A stretch of DNA of 31,266 bases from a virus. Taxonomy: Duplodnaviria > Caudoviricetes. Within the stretch, counting starts at the first letter, position 1. Each line of letters starts with the position of its first letter. The notes under the pieces are model-generated. The model did no database searches and was not told the origin of the DNA. It saw only the letters and a program-made list of their open reading frames with translations. This document shows positions 26,516 through 31,266 of this stretch, in pieces. The stretch spans positions 1 to 31,266 of IMG/VR virus record IMGVR_UViG_3300035102_000150. One strand, written 5' to 3'. A program made the translations under genes and the position numbers.

Positions 26516-26892
26516 AAAATTTAGTGAACTATAAAGACCCTGCGGCCCTTGTCTGTTACGACACACAAGGGCGCCAGCGACAAATAATTCTGTACCTGGA
26601 TTTTGAGAAAAAGATAATCACGGTTAAACTTCGCGATAACTACGATAAAAACCACATTTTGGGTTTCTACCTACCCCCGAATGTGGACGCCTCTGCCCTA
26701 GGCCCATGGATTGAGGAAAGAATCATGCCCTGGGCAAAAAAAGCGCTCGCGGGTTACAAAGTCGAAGAAGACAGGCTATTCAATCTCAATGCAGGGGAAG
26801 CCGTTGCCGTGATTTTAGCCCTATGCGAAGGGGAACGGACGTACCAAGACACGTTTGCCCCGACAATAGGGAATAATAATGCTACCCCTTAG
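26512..26892 (+). CDS. Hypothetical protein, paralogue of the C-terminal domain of 24414-25319
   Basis: ATGA overlap with the RHH gene; MKNLVNY and FYLPPNVDASALGPWIEERIMP align with MENLVNF and FPLPLNVDAVELRSWIDEDILP. Confidence 0.82.
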   Translation: MKNLVNYKDPAALVCYDTQGRQRQIILYLDFEKKIITVKLRDNYDKNHILGFYLPPNVDASALGPWIEERIMPWAKKALAGYKVEEDRLFNLNAGEAVAVILALCEGERTYQDTFAPTIGNNNATP

Positions 26893-27040
26893 GCCTGCCC
26901 ACAATGGGCTTATATACGATTTCCTTCGTGCTAAACCGGTGTCCACAGATTATGCATTCGCGTCGTCTGTGGATGCCGGTGTCTTTGTCTACGGTATAGA
27001 CTACCCGGCACGCCAGCGCGCCGCATTTAGGGCATTTCAT
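26882..27040 (-). CDS. NrdR-N/Ogr-like zinc-ribbon protein, 52 aa (possible late transcription regulator)
   Basis: Below the ORF-track cutoff: MKCPKCGALACRVVYTVDKDTGIHRRRECIICGHRFSTKEIVYKPIVGRPKG; CxxC...RRRECxxCGxRFST.E. Confidence 0.85.
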   Translation of the reverse strand: MKCPKCGALACRVVYTVDKDTGIHRRRECIICGHRFSTKEIVYKPIVGRPKG

Positions 27041-27064
27041 TTTTACCCCCCCCCAGATAACCCC

Positions 27065-27493
27065 CTAAAACGGGAGATCGTCGTCTGTCGCCGATGGCCC
27101 ATAATAGCCTCCCTGTTCATATTGAGCGCTACTGCCGTAGTTTTGCTGTTGGGTTTGCTTTCCCGTACTCAAAAATTGAACCTCTTTGGCCACCACTTCG
27201 GTTATGGAGCGTTTATTCCCCTGCTGGTCTTCCCACGAGTTAGTACGTAGGCTGCCTTCCACATACACCTGGCGGCCTTTACTGAGATACTGACCGCAAA
27301 TTTCGGCCAATTTGCCCCAGGCGGTTACCCGGTGCCATTCGGTACGTTCCTGCTGATTGCCGTCGCGGTCTTTGAATGCCTCTGATGTGGCTATGCTGAA
27401 CTTGCAAACAGCGGTGCCGGCCGCCGTGTACTTCATCTCCGGGTCTTTACCTAAGTTGCCTATTAAAATCACCTTGTTTATGCCTCTAGCCAT
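27065..27493 (-). CDS. ssb: Single-stranded DNA-binding protein
   Basis: [30 protein letters not shown]-terminal DDDLPF. Confidence 0.97.
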   Translation of the reverse strand: MARGINKVILIGNLGKDPEMKYTAAGTAVCKFSIATSEAFKDRDGNQQERTEWHRVTAWGKLAEICGQYLSKGRQVYVEGSLRTNSWEDQQGNKRSITEVVAKEVQFLSTGKQTQQQNYGSSAQYEQGGYYGPSATDDDLPF

Positions 27494-27789
27494 TATTCAA
27501 ACGCTCCTTTTTTATAGTCTTCCGTTGTGATTCTGTATTTTTTGGCTTCTTTTTTGTAAAGCCACTCATAGTAATCTGTTGGTATAAAATGGGCGTCTAA
27601 AATAACACTATCTATTTTTTGTCCTGTAATCATGCCCTCGATTTTGATGTTTCCTCTAACTTCCTCTACTTTTTTAAATTCCTTTAACCCACTAGGAAGA
27701 GATGACAACGCCTTATAAAAGACACCAAGCCAAAAAGAGGAAAAAGCCACAATAAAAAACAAAAATATAGTCATACCCTCGTTAGCCAT
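27493..27789 (-). CDS. Small hypothetical protein with N-terminal transmembrane segment
   Basis: [18 protein letters not shown] hydrophobic stretch; AT-rich; overlaps both neighbours. Confidence 0.65.
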   Translation of the reverse strand: MANEGMTIFLFFIVAFSSFWLGVFYKALSSLPSGLKEFKKVEEVRGNIKIEGMITGQKIDSVILDAHFIPTDYYEWLYKKEAKKYRITTEDYKKGAFE

Positions 27790-28339
27790 GATCCACTCCT
27801 TTAATTTTTTTAGCCATCGTAGACAGTCTGAGATTTTTCACTGGTAGCTGTTCAACCCGAGATTTTTTAAATCTCTTATACGCCTCTAAAAAATCCCTCC
27901 GGGCGAAAATTTGGCCCCGCGCGGGAACGCCACCAATTGCCCTCAATGCCGCCTTACCTTCAGACGTCAGCCCATCCGGCTCGGGGTCTTCGTACTCAGT
28001 CGTGCCCGTGGCGGGATCGTAACTTTTTATAACCCGGTGATAAGGAGCCGAAGGGCCCGGGGCGTCCAGCGCTTTAAGCCATTGCTGTTCCGCCTCGATT
28101 TCAACCGGGTCTTTTTCTTCTGCCAGTCCGCATGCCTCTAAAATTTCCGCCAGCGGCGGGAACCCAGTGAATTTACGAACGCGCATGATGCGATTCAGAC
28201 CAAATCGCACCTGGTTAAAATCGGCCGCGCCTAACGCAGATAAAACCATCTTCAACATGGCTGGGCTCGCCTCTGCGTTAAAATTTTCGGCCATAACAGT
28301 CAGCATCTTCAAAACTTCGCTTTGTTCATGCTTGTCCAT
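27782..28339 (-). CDS. Putative helicase loader / replication accessory protein
   Basis: Immediately after the initiator; helical N-terminus with FPPLAEI and ALRAIGG patterns seen in loader-slot proteins. Confidence 0.55.
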   Translation of the reverse strand: MDKHEQSEVLKMLTVMAENFNAEASPAMLKMVLSALGAADFNQVRFGLNRIMRVRKFTGFPPLAEILEACGLAEEKDPVEIEAEQQWLKALDAPGPSAPYHRVIKSYDPATGTTEYEDPEPDGLTSEGKAALRAIGGVPARGQIFARRDFLEAYKRFKKSRVEQLPVKNLRLSTMAKKIKGVDHG

Positions 28340-29264
28340 CGTCGCTCCACAGTTCGTTTAAAACCACCTCGGCGTTTTGTGCCGTCCGCCTGCCCTTTTC
28401 ACTAAGCTGCGCATAGGGGCTGGCTCTCCCCTGAACGAACTCTCCGCGCCATAAACGATTTTTAAACCACTTACCAATGCCTGGAATGTACTTACCTTCG
28501 TCTTTCTCCCATTCGGAGCTATTAACTGCTGCTCGAATTTTATTTAATACATGGGCGTGTAACTCTGCTTCTGAGTCGAACCCTAGCTTTTTGTGATCTT
28601 TCAGGTCTGCGGTGTAGGCATTGCGCCCAGTAACCTCTGCGGCCAGGTGCCTGTTATGGGCCTGAGGGTATATCTGCTGGGCTTCTGCGAATAGTGCAAG
28701 GCGGCGCTCTTTGGCGGTTGGTTTCCCCCCCTCTTTACTCCCCCCCCTAATACCCTTTCCTTTACCATAACCATAACCAGGAGGTATCGATAGGGTATCA
28801 CATACCCTATCGGATACCCTATGCGATAGGGTATCGCATAACGGCTTAAACTCTTCTCCTAATTCCTTAAATATCCCTAATAACAGCGAAAAAATGGAAG
28901 GGCATGAAGGCAGGTTTTTGATAATATTAACCGCTGCCTCAATTTGTTTAGGGCCTGCGATTCGGTCTTTAATGAGCCCGTTTGTTATCAAAACAATTTC
29001 GTTTTCTTCATCCCACGCGATTAAACAAAGATCGCCGTCCTCCTTGAGCTTGGCATTCTGGACTTCTTCCAAGGATTTAGTCACTTTTTCGCTTGACCAG
29101 CCCAGGTCGGCAGTCATATAACCTTTTCGGCAAACATAGCACTGCAGCAAGTTGCTGTGCTCACACGTGAGCAAATATAAATACAGCATTTTCCCCGGGT
29201 CACTTAGACGCCTAAACGTTTTGCTGTTCCATATTCGCCGCTCTATTTTCGCATATAAGCCCAT
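28326..29264 (-). CDS. Phage replication initiator protein
   Basis: IWNSKTFRRLS..GKMLYLYLLT winged-helix N-terminus, iteron-encoded linker, C-terminal W.KDEGKYIPG..KWF...W. Confidence 0.8.
   Translation of the reverse strand: MGLYAKIERRIWNSKTFRRLSDPGKMLYLYLLTCEHSNLLQCYVCRKGYMTADLGWSSEKVTKSLEEVQNAKLKEDGDLCLIAWDEENEIVLITNGLIKDRIAGPKQIEAAVNIIKNLPSCPSIFSLLLGIFKELGEEFKPLCDTLSHRVSDRVCDTLSIPPGYGYGKGKGIRGGSKEGGKPTAKERRLALFAEAQQIYPQAHNRHLAAEVTGRNAYTADLKDHKKLGFDSEAELHAHVLNKIRAAVNSSEWEKDEGKYIPGIGKWFKNRLWRGEFVQGRASPYAQLSEKGRRTAQNAEVVLNELWSDDGQA
28789..28835. repeat. Four 11-bp iterons at 12-bp spacing (probable replication origin)
   Basis: GATAGGGTATC (28789), CATACCCTATC (28801), GATACCCTATG (28813), GATAGGGTATC (28825), inside the initiator gene. 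Confidence 0.75.
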
Positions 29265-29267
29265 GGC

Positions 29268-29480
29268 TCATTCCCTTGGTAAATAGCACCATAATAAGCA
29301 AGCCATTTGTTTAGTTGGCGCGTGCCCGCCCTTGGTACCGCATTTTGAGCACCGTACGTGGAAAAGAGGTGGACACTTGGGAGGGAAAACATATAAAACC
29401 CCATTAACTTTCCAGCTTTGTAGGGTAGCCTCTATTAACTCAAGATTTTTACATTTACAACTTGGGCAATAAGCTTTCAC
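29268..29480 (-). CDS. Lar-like (restriction alleviation family) zinc-finger protein
   Basis: CPSC...FHVRCSKCGTKG......A...W pattern; GTG start overlapping the upstream stop. Confidence 0.6.
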   Translation of the reverse strand: MKAYCPSCKCKNLELIEATLQSWKVNGVLYVFPPKCPPLFHVRCSKCGTKGGHAPTKQMACLLWCYLPRE

Positions 29481-30082
29481 AACACCCTCTCAAACTTAAT
29501 CTTCCAAACCCAGGGGTTATCGTTCCATGCCTTGCCCTTTTTCTTGCCGTTTATTGAGTCCCAAAGCACAGCAAACTCAGCTATTGAGCTAACCCCTTCA
29601 GCCTGTGCTTCCGTCTCCGTTATATCCTGCACTCTACAAATATCTACTTTTTTAACTCTAACCTTACTTCGGGCAAAACATTCAGGAAGAAAGATAGAGG
29701 GGCGTTTGTACCAGCCGGTAATACGCTGACTATTTTTAAATACGTCTAGAGGCTTTTTGAAAGAATAGTCTCCCAAATAAATAAATTCCCACCTACTTTT
29801 TTTAGAAGATATTTTTAAGTCCCAAAACCCCCACGCCCAAAACGGTTCTTTGATATAGATAGTGTCCCCTTCCTTGCCGTGCGGACAAAGCTCCCTGGGG
29901 TAATAGACGTCCTCCCCTCTCTCTTCGTCGTACCAGTAGTAGAGAGGACTAGGAGGGTAAATTTCTATGTCGCCGTTGTCCAACATTTCTAAATGCTCAT
30001 CGTTTAGCGGTCTCATCGTCTGAGTCTTCGAACCGTCAAATATTTTTTGACCGTTAGATGCGGTCATTAAAATCCCCTTCAT
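29477..30082 (-). CDS. ASCH/PUA-like phage protein
   Basis: IFDGSKTQTMR, CPHGKEGD.IYIKE, PSIFLP..ARS, VQDITE.EAQAEG, LWDSING, NPWVW.I.F. Confidence 0.78.
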   Translation of the reverse strand: MKGILMTASNGQKIFDGSKTQTMRPLNDEHLEMLDNGDIEIYPPSPLYYWYDEERGEDVYYPRELCPHGKEGDTIYIKEPFWAWGFWDLKISSKKSRWEFIYLGDYSFKKPLDVFKNSQRITGWYKRPSIFLPECFARSKVRVKKVDICRVQDITETEAQAEGVSSIAEFAVLWDSINGKKKGKAWNDNPWVWKIKFERVL

Positions 30083-30339
30083 TTTGATGCCTCCTTTATA
30101 GGCTCTAATTTGATGACCACTTCACAGCCCAAAATAAGAGCAATATCAGCCACACGCCTTAAGTCGGGTACGTCTGCCCCCGTTAAAAAATGCTGGGGTA
30201 TCTCCAACTTTTTTTGTAGCCAACTCTTATCCCGCCCCAACTCATTCAAACGGCCACATACTTCTTCGGAAAAATCCAAAATCAACTCTTCTTCGGCTAA
30301 AAGCCTTTCATAATATTCATTTTCTGACTCGTTTTGCAT
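30079..30339 (-). CDS. Degenerate Xre/HigA-like HTH protein
   Basis: YERLLAEEELILDFSE...LG.DKSWL.KKL...DLRRVADIALILGCEVVIKL. Confidence 0.55.
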   Translation of the reverse strand: MQNESENEYYERLLAEEELILDFSEEVCGRLNELGRDKSWLQKKLEIPQHFLTGADVPDLRRVADIALILGCEVVIKLEPIKEASK

Positions 30340-30375
30340 GGTTTAATCCTTTATCACAGTAAAATAAAGATCCCA

Positions 30376-30684
30376 TTAATTTTTAGCCTCCCAATAAACA
30401 CAGCCAAATGTTGGTGGTATCTGATCTACAACAAAAGATGAAGGGTGATCACACCAACCTGTTAGCTCATCATCTGGTAAATAATGTTCACACGTTTTGC
30501 ATCTACCAAGTTCTTGAATAGTTAGGTCATCAATGCCTAACCAATTCTTTAACTCTTCCAAGCATTCCAAACATAAATCTGCATAACCGTGACATTCACC
30601 TTCTGTGCTTAAAATTTTCACGGTATTTATGCTTGTATGTATTGGTTCTTCTTTGCCACACATAGAACAAATGTTATAGCTCAT
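30376..30684 (-). CDS. Cys-rich hypothetical protein
   Basis: Probable start ATG 30684 (ATGA coupling with the mini-ORF); CSMC, DLCLEC, CKTCEH, FGCVYW. Confidence 0.65.
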   Translation of the reverse strand: MSYNICSMCGKEEPIHTSINTVKILSTEGECHGYADLCLECLEELKNWLGIDDLTIQELGRCKTCEHYLPDDELTGWCDHPSSFVVDQIPPTFGCVYWEAKN

Positions 30685-30755
30685 GCCAGCACTCTCCAGT
30701 GTTTTGCAACTAAACACATGTCGGGGTCATAATCTATTAAACAACCACAATCCAT
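30681..30755 (-). CDS. 24-aa mini-ORF or truncated gene remnant
   Basis: GGGGAGG RBS, ATG 30755, MDCGCLIDYDPDMCLVAKHWRVLA; stop overlaps the next ATG. Confidence 0.45.
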   Translation of the reverse strand: MDCGCLIDYDPDMCLVAKHWRVLA

Positions 30756-30758
30756 TTT

Positions 30759-31266
30759 TTATACCTCCCCTAAATCATTCCGGTACTCGCAAAACAGGTT
30801 AGCGATGCCCATTTTTTTGATGTGTTCAATAGCCTCCCTGACGCCACCGGAGCACTTTTTATAATTTTGGCGCGTTAGGTGGTAAACCATTTGGGCTACC
30901 AAACGATCATCCACTATTATTTTCGTCCCCTTGCAGCTAAAGGGGAGACCGCTGCTGAAATCTAGGTTGCAACCGCTCAGGTCGCAGTAAATCAGGTCGC
31001 TACGGCTCAGGTTGCTACCGCTCAGGTTGCTACCGCTCAGGTTGCAATCGCTCAGGTCGCAATCGCTCAGGTCGCTACCTCGTAGGTAGCTACCGCGCAG
31101 GTCGCTACCTCGTAGGTAGCTACCGCGCAGGTCGCAGTGGCTCAGGTTACTACCGCGCAGGTCGCAGTGGCTCAGGTTACTACCGCGCAGGTCGCAATCG
31201 CTCAGGTCGCTACCTCGTAGGTAGCTACCGCTCAGGTCGCAATCGCTCAGGTCGCTACGGCTCAGG
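30759..31266 (-). CDS. Pentapeptide repeat protein, partial (start is beyond the right edge)
   Basis: Not in the ORF track. 20 units (LSRSD LSDCD LSGSY LRGSD ...), then LDFSSGLPFSCKGTKIIVDDRLVAQMVYHLTRQ...NDLGEV, stop at 30759-61. Confidence 0.88.
   Translation of the reverse strand, partial: LSRSDLSDCDLSGSYLRGSDLSDCDLRGSNLSHCDLRGSNLSHCDLRGSYLRGSDLRGSYLRGSDLSDCDLSDCNLSGSNLSGSNLSRSDLIYCDLSGCNLDFSSGLPFSCKGTKIIVDDRLVAQMVYHLTRQNYKKCSGGVREAIEHIKKMGIANLFCEYRNDLGEV
30966..31265. repeat. 15-bp coding tandem repeat with exact 30-bp duplications
   Basis: 20 x 15 bp; 31071-31130 and 31131-31190 are each a perfect 30-mer duplicated. Confidence 0.9.

Larger units (their letters stand above)
24288..26887 (+). 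mobile_element. Opposite-strand four-gene moron-like cassette inserted between the zinc-ribbon gene and terS
   Basis: Only credible plus-strand genes in the window; own promoter; flanking 9-bp direct repeat; no recombinase encoded. Confidence 0.6.
1..31266 (-). mobile_element. Podovirus-type (BPP-1/T7-like morphogenesis) phage or prophage segment
   Basis: Continuous, tightly packed minus-strand phage genes from replication through packaging, head, tail and ejection modules; no host housekeeping genes. Confidence 0.97.

Noticed and set aside
24288-26878. Cassette as an IS or transposon
   Set aside because: No transposase motif and no terminal inverted repeats inside the direct repeats
26879-27250. 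123-aa plus-strand ORF as a fifth cassette gene
   Set aside because: Overlaps ssb and the zinc-ribbon gene on the opposite strand, both with clear motifs
28725-28747. C7 and C8 tracts in the initiator gene as phase-variation sites
   Set aside because: The frame is intact, Gly/Lys-rich linkers are common at this position in phage initiators, and there is no evidence of variation
30966-31265. Possible CRISPR array
   Set aside because: Contiguous 15-bp in-frame coding units with no unique spacers
1-31266. DGR components, tRNA, integrase, lysis genes
   Set aside because: None recognisable within the window

Overview
The whole window is bacteriophage DNA with no host genes. Whether it is a prophage or a free phage cannot be decided here, because no integrase, att site or lysis genes fall in the window. 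Read right to left on the minus strand, it contains small accessory genes (pentapeptide repeat, Cys-rich, HTH, ASCH-like, Lar-like), an initiator/loader replication module with iterons, ssb and a small zinc-ribbon gene. These are followed by a podovirus morphogenesis operon of the BPP-1/T7 type: terS, terL, GNAT, two small Gly-rich proteins, portal, Bbp19-like, scaffold, capsid, cement, tail tube A/B, three ejection proteins, tail fibre and an Mtd-N receptor-binding protein. Four features stand out. (1) A SunS/flagellin-type GT2-TPR glycosyltransferase is translationally coupled inside the head genes, suggesting virion glycosylation. (2) A 2.6 kb opposite-strand four-gene cassette is bounded by a 9-bp direct repeat whose collapse restores the zinc-ribbon-to-terS junction; it encodes a very acidic protein, a shorter paralogue of it and an RHH regulator. 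(3) A 2803-aa polyvalent ejection protein carries ParB-like, GNAT, ART-like, MuF-C and zincin domains separated by recurring hydrophobic-(F/Y)-Q linkers. (4) A GNAT gene lies directly upstream of two proteins that start MGGG(G)KG. All family assignments come from motif recognition by eye, not from database searches.
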